From Delftia acidovorans NBRC 14950 (GTDB taxonomy: Bacteria; Pseudomonadota; Gammaproteobacteria; Burkholderiales; Burkholderiaceae_C): DNA of 32,000 bases. Below, piece by piece: positions 8,895 to 17,198 of this stretch. Both the position numbers and the translations under genes were made by a program. The stretch spans positions 90,001 through 122,000 of the forward strand of contig NZ_BCZP01000002.1 in assembly GCF_001598795.1 (NCBI RefSeq), in the 5' to 3' direction. Under the pieces are notes generated by a model. The model was not told where the DNA came from. It searched no databases and saw nothing but the letters and a program-made list of their open reading frames with translations. How positions within the stretch are numbered: position 1 is the stretch's first letter; each line of letters starts with the position of its first letter.

Positions 8895-9299
8895 TCAGCC
8901 CTGCCAGCGGGGCCGATCGGGGCGCAGCAGCACGGCCGAGGCATGGCGGCGCAGCGGCTCGGCGAATGGCATGGGGGGAGGCGCCACCGGCGCGGCCTTG
9001 GCGTAGTGGGTGGCGACGGCCACCCAGGCATGGCACATGGAGCAATCGGCGCTGAGCGACGACGGCTGGCCCTGGTCCGCCTTCTTTGCCGGTTGCCCCG
9101 GTTCGGCGCCAGCGCCCGGATCTGCGCTGGCATGGCGCTCGGCGCCCATGCCATGCAGGCTCACGCCGTGGACATGGTGGCCGAAGTGCCGGGTCTCATG
9201 CCCGTCGTGCCGGCACAGTGCAGCGGCCGCCATCCAGCTCCACTGGAACAGCAGCGCGATCACGAGGACGGCGAGGGCGGCGAGACGGGGCCGGGTCAT
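8895..9299 (-). CDS. Small exported His/Cys-rich protein, CzcI-like (134 aa)
   Basis: I use the internal start MTRPRLAALAVLVIALLFQWSWMAAAA (ATG at 9299) within the 8895-9455 ORF. The longer form would run through the regulator-binding palindrome. The mature part contains CRHDGHETRHFGHHVHGVSLHG and a C-terminal DCSMCHAW motif. From memory this resembles CzcI-type proteins encoded upstream of czcC. The assignment rests on position and motifs only. Confidence 0.55.
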   Translation of the reverse strand: MTRPRLAALAVLVIALLFQWSWMAAAALCRHDGHETRHFGHHVHGVSLHGMGAERHASADPGAGAEPGQPAKKADQGQPSSLSADCSMCHAWVAVATHYAKAAPVAPPPMPFAEPLRRHASAVLLRPDRPRWQG

Positions 9300-9411
9300 G
9301 GAGGAGGGCATGGGGCAGGTGGGGATTGTCGTGCATGGCGTTTGCCCACAACCACGACTCCCCCAAGCCGGCGAGTCTAGGGCCGTGCGGCGACCTGTGG
9401 CTGTCGGGCAC

Positions 9412-9427
9412 ATGACAAATTTGTCAT
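9412..9427. promoter_or_regulatory. CusR/CopR/CzcR-type response-regulator box (perfect 16-bp palindrome ATGACAAATTTGTCAT)
   Basis: It matches the published CusR-box core ATGACAANNTTGTCAT exactly. It lies in the 164-bp divergent region between the czcI-like gene and the OmpR-family regulator gene. A minus-strand -10-like TAGACT (9374-9379) lies 32 nt downstream toward czcI. Confidence 0.6.
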
Positions 9428-9463
9428 CTTGGCAAACCATGCCCTTCCCCGACAATGCTCGGC

Positions 9464-10153
9464 ATGAAAGTCCTGGTCATCGAAGACGAAATCAAGCTGG
9501 CCGACTACCTCCGCAAGGGCCTGACCGAGGAGGGGTTCGTGGTCGATGTCGCGCACGACGGCATCGACGGCCTGCACCTGGCCACCGAGCTGGCCTACGA
9601 CCTCATCGTGCTCGACGGCATGCTGCCCGGCATCGACGGCCTGGCCGTGCTGGCGGCGCTGCGCCAGTCGCGCCAGACGCCGGTGCTGATGCTGACGGCG
9701 CGCGGCCAGGTGGAGGACCGCGTGCGCGGCCTGCAGGGCGGCGCCGACGACTACCTGGTCAAGCCCTTTGCCTTCTCCGAACTGGTGGCGCGCATGCATG
9801 TGCTGCTGCGCCGCAGTGTCGGCACGGCGCATCCGGCGGCCGAGGCCACCATGCTGCGCATGGCCGACCTGGAGCTGGACCTGATCCGCCGACGCGCCAC
9901 GCGCGCCGGCCAGCGCCTGGACCTCACGGCCAAGGAATTCAACCTGCTGAGCCTGCTGCTGCGCCGCCAGGGCGAGGTGCTGTCGCGCACCGAGCTGGCC
10001 TCCCAGGTCTGGGACATGAATTTCGACAGCGAGACCAATGTGGTCGAGGTGGCGGTGCGCCGCCTGCGCCTGAAGCTGGACCAGCCCTTCGAGCAGCCGC
10101 TGCTGCACACGGTGCGCGGCATGGGCTATGTGCTGGAGTCGCGCGCACCGTGA
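9464..10153 (+). CDS. czcR: OmpR-family heavy-metal response regulator (CzcR/CusR/CopR type), 229 aa
   Basis: [37 protein letters not shown]...[13 protein letters not shown] is a receiver domain with a phospho-Asp context, followed by a winged-helix C-terminus ([30 protein letters not shown]). The alternative ATG at 9455 adds 3 codons. The metal specificity implied by the symbol is not established. Confidence 0.9.
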   Translation: MKVLVIEDEIKLADYLRKGLTEEGFVVDVAHDGIDGLHLATELAYDLIVLDGMLPGIDGLAVLAALRQSRQTPVLMLTARGQVEDRVRGLQGGADDYLVKPFAFSELVARMHVLLRRSVGTAHPAAEATMLRMADLELDLIRRRATRAGQRLDLTAKEFNLLSLLLRRQGEVLSRTELASQVWDMNFDSETNVVEVAVRRLRLKLDQPFEQPLLHTVRGMGYVLESRAP

Positions 10154-11532
10154 ACGCCAAGGCCCCCGCCGACATTCCCCACCTGGGCCGGCGCCTGTCG
10201 CGCTGGCTGGCGCTGCAGACCATGCTGGGCCTGGGCCTGGTGTGCGCGGCCGTCTACGGGGTGGCCTCGATGACGCTGGAGCAGCACCAGCACGAGACAC
10301 TGGACCTCAAGCAGCAGGCCGTGCTGCACCTGATGACGGAAAGCCGCAGCGCCCACAACGAGGCCGGTCTGGCCCACATGCTGGACGACTTTCTCACGGG
10401 CCTGGACGAGATGTCGCTGCGCATCACCGACCTGCAGGGCCGCGTGATCTACGAGCGTCTGCGCATTCCCAAGACGCCGGGCCGCACGCTGCAGCGCAGC
10501 TTCGAGGTGGTGCTGGCCGACAGTGGCCAGCATGCACAGGCCCAGCTCACCCTGGACCGCGCCGACGATGACCGGCAGCTGTCCCTGCTGGCCTGGACGC
10601 TGGCCCTGGCCGCCGTGGGCGGCGCACTGCTGGTGTCGTTGACCGGCATCTGGCTGGTGCGCCTGGGCCTGGCGCCGCTGCGCGAACTGACCGAGCAGAC
10701 GCGCCAGCTGTCGGCCCAGGACCTGCAGCGGCGCCTGGACGACAGCGGACAGCCGCAGGAGTTGCGCCCGCTGATCGCGCAATTCAACGCCTTGCTGGAA
10801 CGGCTGGCCGTGGCCTACCGGCAGATGGAGGCCTTCAACGCCGACGTGGCCCATGAGCTGAACACGCCGCTGACCACGCTGATCAGCAGCTGCGAGCTGG
10901 CCCTGCGCAAGCCGCGCAGCGAGGCCGAGCTGCGCGAGGTGCTGGCCTCCAACCTGGAAGACCTGCGGCGCATGGCCGGCATCGTGGCCGACATGCTGTT
11001 TCTCTCGCAGGCCGACCGGGGCCAGGGCGCGCGCCTGGCGCCCTGGGCCAGCCTGGCCGCGCTGGCCCATGAGGTCATCGACTTCCACGAGGCCGCGCTG
11101 CAGGAGGCCGACCTGCAGGTCGTCGTCCAGGGCGACGCGGCCGCCGAGGTCGATGCGCGGCTGCTGCGCCGGGCGCTGTCCAACCTGCTGGGCAATGCCA
11201 CACGCTATGCACAGCGCGGCTCCACCATCACCGTGCAGATAGGCGCACGGCCCTGTGCCCACCACGGCGGCGCCGGTGATGTGGCGCTGGCGGTGCTCAA
11301 CCGGGGCCCGACCATAGCCCCCGCCGACCTGCCGCGCCTGTTCGACCGCTTCTACCGCGCCGACGCCGCGCGCAGCCAGGCCGACCGCAACCATGGCCTG
11401 GGCCTGGCCATCGTGGCCGCCATCGCGCGCATGCACGGCGGGCGCTGCTTTGCCGAGTCCGAAGGCGGCTTCACGCGCATCGGCCTGGAGCTGCCCGACA
11501 GCCCGAGCCCGCCGCGCGATTCCCCGGCCTGA
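10150..11532 (+). CDS. czcS: Heavy-metal sensor histidine kinase (CzcS/CusS type), 460 aa
   Basis: A GTG start overlaps the regulator stop (GTGA at 10150-10153). The protein has two TM segments flanking a periplasmic domain and a HAMP domain. Kinase motifs are present: H-box [18 protein letters not shown]-box [12 protein letters not shown], and G-boxes FDRFYRAD and HGLGLAIV. Only this part of the 9010-11532 ORF is coding. Confidence 0.9.
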   Translation: MNAKAPADIPHLGRRLSRWLALQTMLGLGLVCAAVYGVASMTLEQHQHETLDLKQQAVLHLMTESRSAHNEAGLAHMLDDFLTGLDEMSLRITDLQGRVIYERLRIPKTPGRTLQRSFEVVLADSGQHAQAQLTLDRADDDRQLSLLAWTLALAAVGGALLVSLTGIWLVRLGLAPLRELTEQTRQLSAQDLQRRLDDSGQPQELRPLIAQFNALLERLAVAYRQMEAFNADVAHELNTPLTTLISSCELALRKPRSEAELREVLASNLEDLRRMAGIVADMLFLSQADRGQGARLAPWASLAALAHEVIDFHEAALQEADLQVVVQGDAAAEVDARLLRRALSNLLGNATRYAQRGSTITVQIGARPCAHHGGAGDVALAVLNRGPTIAPADLPRLFDRFYRADAARSQADRNHGLGLAIVAAIARMHGGRCFAESEGGFTRIGLELPDSPSPPRDSPA

Positions 11533-11567
11533 ACACAGGCACCGGAGCGGCGGCACAATGGCGCCCC

Positions 11568-11996
11568 ATGACGCAAGATGCCCCCTCCTCCTACGCAACG
11601 CTGCTGGCCGAAGGCAATGCCCTGGTGGCCCAGGCACAGCGGGCCGCCACCCAGGATTTCGCCCAGGCCCGGGCGCTGTGGCAGCAGGCCGGCAAGCAGT
11701 TCTACCTGGCCCACAAGGCCGACCCCGACCAGGCCGAGGGCGCGTTTCGCCTGGCCCAGGCCTGGATGGCCGAAGCCCATGCGCTGCAAAAGGAAGAATC
11801 GCCAGACGCCGTGGTGATGTGGCGCAACGCCGCCGCGCAATGCGAGCTGGCGTTCGACCTGGAACCCGAAAACGGCCGCCTGGCCATGACGGCCGCCAGC
11901 TGCCACATGTTCGGCGGCCAGCATGACGCGGCCAAGGCCTGGCAGCAGATCGGCCAGCACCTGCTGCCGCCGGCGCCCGAAGGCGACGGCGCCTGA
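11568..11996 (+). CDS. Hypothetical helical (TPR/Sel1-like) protein, 142 aa
   Basis: The ORF has a strong G/C third-position bias and lies 35 nt downstream of the kinase on the same strand. Its Ala/Gln-rich helical repeats have no signal peptide. I recognise no family. Confidence 0.55.
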   Translation: MTQDAPSSYATLLAEGNALVAQAQRAATQDFAQARALWQQAGKQFYLAHKADPDQAEGAFRLAQAWMAEAHALQKEESPDAVVMWRNAAAQCELAFDLEPENGRLAMTAASCHMFGGQHDAAKAWQQIGQHLLPPAPEGDGA

Positions 11997-12003
11997 AGCC
12001 AGG

Positions 12004-12441
12004 CTACAGCGCGATCAGCTTGAACACGGCCCGCGCCGTGCACACGGCCTGGCCCGCGCTGTCCAGCACATTGCCCTCGCAGAACACGGTGCGCGCGCCT
12101 GCGCGCAGCACGCGGGCCTCGATCAGCAGGTCGGTGGTAGCCGAGGCGAGGAAATGCGTGCTCATCTCGATGGTCACCACGCCCAATCCCAGCGGGTTGG
12201 ACGAGCGCGCGGCCGCGCTCAGCGTGAAGTCCAGCGCGCTCATCAGCGCGCCGCCATGGCCATGCCCCCGGCTGTTGGCCAGGTGCGGGCGCATGGGCAG
12301 GCGCGTGCGGGCCAGGCCGGGCGCCAGGCTCACGGGCTCCAGGCCGATATGGGACATGAAGGGCACGTCGATGCCGAAGTAGCCGCGCGCCAGCGCGGCG
12401 GCCTCCAGGTCCGGGGCGGTGGAGATTCCAACGGCGTTCAT
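12004..12441 (-). CDS. PaaI-family (hotdog fold) acyl-CoA thioesterase, 145 aa
   Basis: The HGHGGALMSALDFTLSAAA motif and its length are typical of PaaI/YdiI-type thioesterases. The ATG overlaps the BCCP stop codon (ATGA at 12438-12441). Confidence 0.85.
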   Translation of the reverse strand: MNAVGISTAPDLEAAALARGYFGIDVPFMSHIGLEPVSLAPGLARTRLPMRPHLANSRGHGHGGALMSALDFTLSAAARSSNPLGLGVVTIEMSTHFLASATTDLLIEARVLRAGARTVFCEGNVLDSAGQAVCTARAVFKLIAL

Positions 12442-12662
12442 CCGATCTCCGCAATCGCCTGGCCTTCGGCCACCGGCTCGCCCACGGCCACGAGCATGCG
12501 GCGCACGACGCCTGCCACCTCGCTTTCCACGGGAATCTCCATCTTCATGGACTCCACGATGATGAGGGTGTCGCCCAGGGCGACGGTGCCGCCTTCGGCG
12601 GCTTCCACAGCGGCCACGAGGCCGGCGATGGGGCTTGTGATCATGTTCGGGGTGGTGGTCAT
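12438..12662 (-). CDS. Minimal biotin carboxyl carrier protein (biotinyl domain only), 74 aa
   Basis: SPIAGLV...GDTLIIVESMKMEIPVESEVAGVV carries the (A/S)MKM biotinylation motif. I prefer the ATG at 12662. The ORF track's 12677 start is a TTG that overlaps the biotin carboxylase stop. Confidence 0.85.
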   Translation of the reverse strand: MTTTPNMITSPIAGLVAAVEAAEGGTVALGDTLIIVESMKMEIPVESEVAGVVRRMLVAVGEPVAEGQAIAEIG

Positions 12663-12673
12663 GGGTAGGGCTT

Positions 12674-14035
12674 TCAAAGGTGGGCCAGCACGCGCTGGGC
12701 GATGCCGGTGTCGATGCGCAGGTCCAGGAAATCGGCGTGACCCAGGATGCGTTCGATGAAGGGGATGTTGGTCTTCACGCCCTCGATGCGGGTCTGCGCC
12801 AGTGCCTGGCGCAGCCGTGCGATGGCCTGTGCGCGGTCGCTGCCATGGGCTACGAGCTTGGCGACCATGGGGTCATAGAAGGGCGTGACGCTGCAGCCCT
12901 GGGCATAGCCGGTCTCCACGCGCAGGCCTTCGCCCTGGGGCATCTCGAAGCGGTCCAGGCGCCCTGGCGAGGGCAGGAAGCGCACGGGGTCTTCGGCATA
13001 GATGCGCGCCTCGATGGCATGGCCGCGGGCCACGGGTTCGGCGGGCAGCACATCCCGCATGCGCTCGCCGGCGGCCAGGCGGATCTGGGCCTCGACGATG
13101 TCGATGCCCGTGATCTCCTCGGTCACCGCATGCTCGACCTGCAGCCGCGTGTTCATCTCCAGGAAGACAAAGCCGTGCTGCGGCGTGTAGAGCATCTCCA
13201 CGGTGCCGATCACGTCATAGCCCGTGCGCGCCAGCAGGCCGGCCAGCAGTTGCCGCATGTCGGCCAGGGCCTGCGCGGGAATGCCTGCGGGGCGGGCCTC
13301 CTCCACCACCTTCTGGTGGCGGCGCTGCACCGAGCAGTCGCGCTCGAACAGCACGCGCACCTCGCCATGGCGGTCGGCCAGCACCTGGAACTCGATGTGG
13401 CGCGGCGCCTCGATCAGCTTTTCCAGGTACAGCTCGGCCGTGCCGAAGTACTTGGCGGCAATGCCGCTGGCCTTGGACCAGGCGGCCTCCAGCTGCGGTG
13501 CATCGTGCGCGGGCAGCATGCCGATGCCGCCGCCCCCGCCTGCGGGCTTGACCAGCACGGGAAAGCCGATGCGCGCCGCCTCCGCCTGCGCCTCCTGCAG
13601 GCTGTGCAGCACGGCCGAGCTGGCCGCCTGCGGCATGCCCTGGGCGGCCATGAAGGCCCGCGCCTGGGTCTTGTGGCCCAGCGTGCGTATCCAGTGCGGC
13701 GAGGGGCCGATGAAGCACAGGCCCTGGCGCTGCACGGCCTCGGCGAAGTCCGCGTTCTCGGAGAGAAAGCCGTAGCCCGGGTGCACGGCATCGGCACCGG
13801 TCTCGCGCGCCACCTGCAGCAGCCGTGCCTGGTCCAGATAGCTTTGCGCGGCGGGCGCAGGGCCTATGCACACGGACTGGTCGGCCGCGCGCACATAGGG
13901 CAGGCCGGCATCGGCCTCGGAGTACACGGCCACGGATTCAAGGCCCATGCGCCGCAGCGTGCGGATCACGCGCGCGGCCACGGCGCCCCGGTTGGCGACC
14001 AGCACGCGGCGGATGGGGTGCGGGGCGCCGCTCAT
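12674..14035 (-). CDS. Biotin carboxylase subunit (AccC-like, ATP-grasp), 453 aa
   Basis: IRRVLVANRGAVAARVIRTLRRMGLESVAVYSEAD is the classic biotin carboxylase N-terminus. ATP-grasp and C-terminal biotin carboxylase domains are present, with no fused BCCP domain. The ATG overlaps the CoA-ligase stop (14032-14035). Confidence 0.93.
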   Translation of the reverse strand: MSGAPHPIRRVLVANRGAVAARVIRTLRRMGLESVAVYSEADAGLPYVRAADQSVCIGPAPAAQSYLDQARLLQVARETGADAVHPGYGFLSENADFAEAVQRQGLCFIGPSPHWIRTLGHKTQARAFMAAQGMPQAASSAVLHSLQEAQAEAARIGFPVLVKPAGGGGGIGMLPAHDAPQLEAAWSKASGIAAKYFGTAELYLEKLIEAPRHIEFQVLADRHGEVRVLFERDCSVQRRHQKVVEEARPAGIPAQALADMRQLLAGLLARTGYDVIGTVEMLYTPQHGFVFLEMNTRLQVEHAVTEEITGIDIVEAQIRLAAGERMRDVLPAEPVARGHAIEARIYAEDPVRFLPSPGRLDRFEMPQGEGLRVETGYAQGCSVTPFYDPMVAKLVAHGSDRAQAIARLRQALAQTRIEGVKTNIPFIERILGHADFLDLRIDTGIAQRVLAHL

Positions 14036-16140
14036 GCCGCCTCCGAGGGCGCAGCTGGCGCGGCGGCCACGGCCACCACCGCATCAACGATGACCGGCGC
14101 CTGCGCGCCGCGCGCCACGAGCACGGGATTGGCATCGACCGACTGCACGCGCCCGCCCTGGGCCAGCATCCAGTCGCCCAGCCGCACCATCATGGCAGCC
14201 ACGGCGTCCAGCTCCACGGCCGGCATGCCGCGCACGGCCGCAAAGGCCGGGGCGATGGACAGGCGCGCAAGGGCATCCAGCGCCTGCCGCGCACTGAAGG
14301 GGGCGACAAGGAATTGCACGTCCCTGAGCGCCTCCACCAGCACGCCGCCCTGGCCGACCATGACCACCACGCCGAACTCGGCATCCACATGGGCACCCAG
14401 CGCCAGCTCGAAGTCGGCCTTGTGCTGGGCTCCCAGCAGCAGGCCGCCATCGGCCACGCCCAGGCGGGCCAGCGTGGCGGCGAAGTCGCCAAAGGCCTGC
14501 AGCGCCTGCTCCGCCTCGCGGATGTTGAGCCGCACCAGGCCATGCTCGGACTTGTGCGAGAGATCGGCGGACACGCCCTTGGCCACCAGGGGTCGTGGCA
14601 GGGACTCGATGGCGGCGCGCACCTCGTCCTCGCTCCTGCAGACCAGATGGCGCATCACCGGCAGGCCGGCGCGGGCGAGTTCGGACAGGCTGGAGGGCTC
14701 GTCAAGCGTGAGGGAGCGGGAGGCCGCCACCGGCACCGATGCCTCGGCAGACGGCACCTGTGCCTGCCTGCCACCGGCCTGCTCGGCCAGCAGCGCCAGG
14801 CCGCGCATGGCGGCGCGTTCGCTCCAGAAGGTGGGCACGCCCTGGTCCTGGAAGGCCTGGGCCACCCAGTCCTGGTTGACGCTGACCGCAATGGGCACGC
14901 CGGTATCGCGCGCAAAGCGGCTGGCCTGGCCCGCGAAGTCGGCGAAGTCATAGCCCTCGCCGCCGATCGGGAAGCCCACGTGAACGAGGTCCGCCGCACC
15001 GCTGCCCGACAAGGCCCGCAGCGTGTCGCCAAAGGTCTGCGGCCTGCCCAGCAGGGCCGTGGTCATGTCGGTTGGATTGCGCGCCGTGACATAGGACGGC
15101 AGGGCCTGGGACAGGCTGTCCAGCGTGGCGGCATCGAACGGCTCCAGGGCCAGGCCGTATTCCTCGGCCGCGTCGGCCGACAGCACGCAGGTGGCGCCCG
15201 AATTGCTGATGCTGACCACGCGGCGACCGCGCGGCGCGGGCTGGGACAGGAACAGCGGCGCGTAGTCGATCAGCTCGCGGAAGTCGGCCAGGCGCGGTAT
15301 GCCGTGCTGGCGCAGGAAGGCATCGGCCAGCGCGTCCTCGGCCGCCAGCGCGCCCGTGTGCGAGCTGGCCGTGGCCTGGCCTGCGCGCGTGCGGCCGGCC
15401 TTCACGGCCAGGATGGTGACGCCGCGCGCATGGGCCAGGCGCGCGGCCTCGGCCAGCCAAGCGCTTTGCCTGAGCGTCTCGATGTAGAGCACGACCAGGC
15501 GGATGCCTTCGTCCTCGACCACGGCGCGCACGGCCTCGGCTGCGCAGACATCGGCCTCGTTGCCCGTGGACAGCATGTAGCGCACGCCGATGCCCGCGCG
15601 GCGCAGGCCGCCGTAGAGAATGGCCGCGCCCGCACCGCTCTGGCTGACGATGGCCACGGGGCCGTCGGCCGGCGCGTTCTCGTTGATCATGGTCGAGAAG
15701 TTGAGGATGGCGCCCGTGGCGAAGTTGGCCACGCCCTGGCAATTGGGGCCGAACAGGCGCAGCCCGCCGCCTGGCGCCCGGCGCGCCCGCGCCACCAGGT
15801 CGGCCTGCTGCCGGCGACCCTCCTCGCCCAGTTCGGCAAAGCCGGACGAATAGATCACGGCCAGGCGCGCGCCCACGGCCACGCAGTCGTCGATGGCGGC
15901 GGCCACGTCCTCGCCGGGCAGGCTGATGACCACGGCATCGGGCGCCTCGGGCAGCGCGCGCAGCGAGGGGTAGGCGGCCAGGCCCTGGACCTCGGCGCGC
16001 TTGGGATTGACGGGCAGGATGCGGCCTGCGAAACCATGGCGCCGCAGGTAATCGATGGGCCGGCCACCGGCCTTGATGGGATTGTCGGAGGCGCCAAGGA
16101 TGGCGACGGAGCGGGGGTTCAGTGCTTGCAACAGAGACAT
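14032..16140 (-). CDS. ADP-forming (NDP-forming) acyl-CoA synthetase, fused alpha-beta, 702 aa
   Basis: The N-terminal CoA-binding domain (LNPRSVAILGASDNPIKAGGRPIDYL...ILPVNPK) is followed by a succinyl-CoA-synthetase-like flavodoxin domain and a C-terminal ATP-grasp domain. This is the architecture of the acetate--CoA ligase (ADP-forming) family. Confidence 0.88.
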   Translation of the reverse strand: MSLLQALNPRSVAILGASDNPIKAGGRPIDYLRRHGFAGRILPVNPKRAEVQGLAAYPSLRALPEAPDAVVISLPGEDVAAAIDDCVAVGARLAVIYSSGFAELGEEGRRQQADLVARARRAPGGGLRLFGPNCQGVANFATGAILNFSTMINENAPADGPVAIVSQSGAGAAILYGGLRRAGIGVRYMLSTGNEADVCAAEAVRAVVEDEGIRLVVLYIETLRQSAWLAEAARLAHARGVTILAVKAGRTRAGQATASSHTGALAAEDALADAFLRQHGIPRLADFRELIDYAPLFLSQPAPRGRRVVSISNSGATCVLSADAAEEYGLALEPFDAATLDSLSQALPSYVTARNPTDMTTALLGRPQTFGDTLRALSGSGAADLVHVGFPIGGEGYDFADFAGQASRFARDTGVPIAVSVNQDWVAQAFQDQGVPTFWSERAAMRGLALLAEQAGGRQAQVPSAEASVPVAASRSLTLDEPSSLSELARAGLPVMRHLVCRSEDEVRAAIESLPRPLVAKGVSADLSHKSEHGLVRLNIREAEQALQAFGDFAATLARLGVADGGLLLGAQHKADFELALGAHVDAEFGVVVMVGQGGVLVEALRDVQFLVAPFSARQALDALARLSIAPAFAAVRGMPAVELDAVAAMMVRLGDWMLAQGGRVQSVDANPVLVARGAQAPVIVDAVVAVAAAPAAPSEAA

Positions 16141-16150
16141 GCGTACCTCA

Positions 16151-17170
16151 TCAATCCAAAGACAAGGCTTCGCGCTGGATGACTTGGCCCCAGTCGGCCA
16201 CCTCCTTGGCGATGCGCTGGCCGAACGGCGCGGGCGGCATCATCACGGGCTCGCCCTGGCTGCTGAGCACGGCGCGGATGCGTGCGTCCTGCAGCACGCC
16301 CCTGGAGGCCTCGTAGAGCCGGTTGACGATGGCCGGCGGCGTGCCCGCAGGCGCCAGCAGGCCGGCCCAGAAGGTGACGTCGAAATCGGCATAGCCGGCC
16401 TCGGCCATGGTGGGCACCTCGGGCAGCTGCTGCATGCGCCGGGGCGCGGTGACGGCCAGCGCCACGAGCTTGCCGTTGGCGATGTGGGGCAGCGCGCTCC
16501 AGGTGTCGAACTGCGTGTCCAGCTCGCCGCTGAGCACGGCCATCTGGGCCTGCGATGCGCTCTTGTAGGGCACATGCGTGGTCTTCACGCCCGTGCGGTT
16601 GCTCCAGGCCGCATAGGCCAGGTGGGCGATGTTGCCGGGGTCGGCAGAGCCGTAGCTGAGCTTGTCGGGATGGCCCTTGGCGAAGGCGATCACATCCTTG
16701 GCCGAGCGGATCTGGTGCTTCTGCGCCCACTCGGGGTTGACGGTGAGGATGAAGGGCGCATCCAGCACCATGGTGATGGGCGCGAAGTCCTTGGCGCGGT
16801 AGGTGATCTTCTTGTAGATCTGGGGGTTGATGGTGATGCTGCTGGAGTTGGTGACCAGCAGGGTGTAGCCGTCGGGCGCGGCGCGCGCCACCTCGCCCAC
16901 GCCGATGGCGCCGTTGGCGCCGGGCTTGTTCTCCACCACCACGGGCTGGCCCAGCGACTTGCTCAGCGGCTCGGACAGCGCACGTGCAATGGTGTCGGTG
17001 AACGAGCCTGCAGGAAAGCCGACCACGATGCGCACGGGGCGCGTGGGCCACTTGTCCTCCTGGGGGGCCTGGGCCTGGGCCGCCGTCGCGGCGCACAGGG
17101 TCAGGCACGGCGCCAGGCACAGGGCCAGGGCGGTGCGGCGCGAGGGCGCGCGCGGTTGTCTGGTTGCCAT
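16151..17170 (-). CDS. Bug-family (TctC-like) tripartite tricarboxylate transporter substrate-binding protein, 339 aa
   Basis: A signal peptide is followed by WPTRPVRIVVGFPAGSFTDTIARAL...VVVENKPGANGAIG, the hallmark Bug/TctC N-terminus. An AAGGAGA Shine-Dalgarno is present. No tctA or tctB membrane partner is in the operon. Confidence 0.9.
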   Translation of the reverse strand: MATRQPRAPSRRTALALCLAPCLTLCAATAAQAQAPQEDKWPTRPVRIVVGFPAGSFTDTIARALSEPLSKSLGQPVVVENKPGANGAIGVGEVARAAPDGYTLLVTNSSSITINPQIYKKITYRAKDFAPITMVLDAPFILTVNPEWAQKHQIRSAKDVIAFAKGHPDKLSYGSADPGNIAHLAYAAWSNRTGVKTTHVPYKSASQAQMAVLSGELDTQFDTWSALPHIANGKLVALAVTAPRRMQQLPEVPTMAEAGYADFDVTFWAGLLAPAGTPPAIVNRLYEASRGVLQDARIRAVLSSQGEPVMMPPAPFGQRIAKEVADWGQVIQREALSLD

Positions 17171-17198
17171 TGCTTTGTCTCCTTGGGTTTTTATGCGT

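Noticed and set aside
9300-9455. The longer 186-aa form of the czcI-like ORF, and the 9010-10149 upstream part of the kinase ORF.
   Set aside because: The extension of the czcI-like ORF would run through the regulator-binding palindrome and its promoter and has no signal-peptide logic. The kinase ORF extension is antisense to or overlaps the czcI-like and regulator genes.
11990-12006. A small hairpin, GCCTG-aagc-CAGGC, spanning both stop codons of the convergent hypothetical and PaaI genes, considered as a bidirectional terminator.
   Set aside because: The stem is only 5 bp and neither side has a U-tract, so it is too weak to call.
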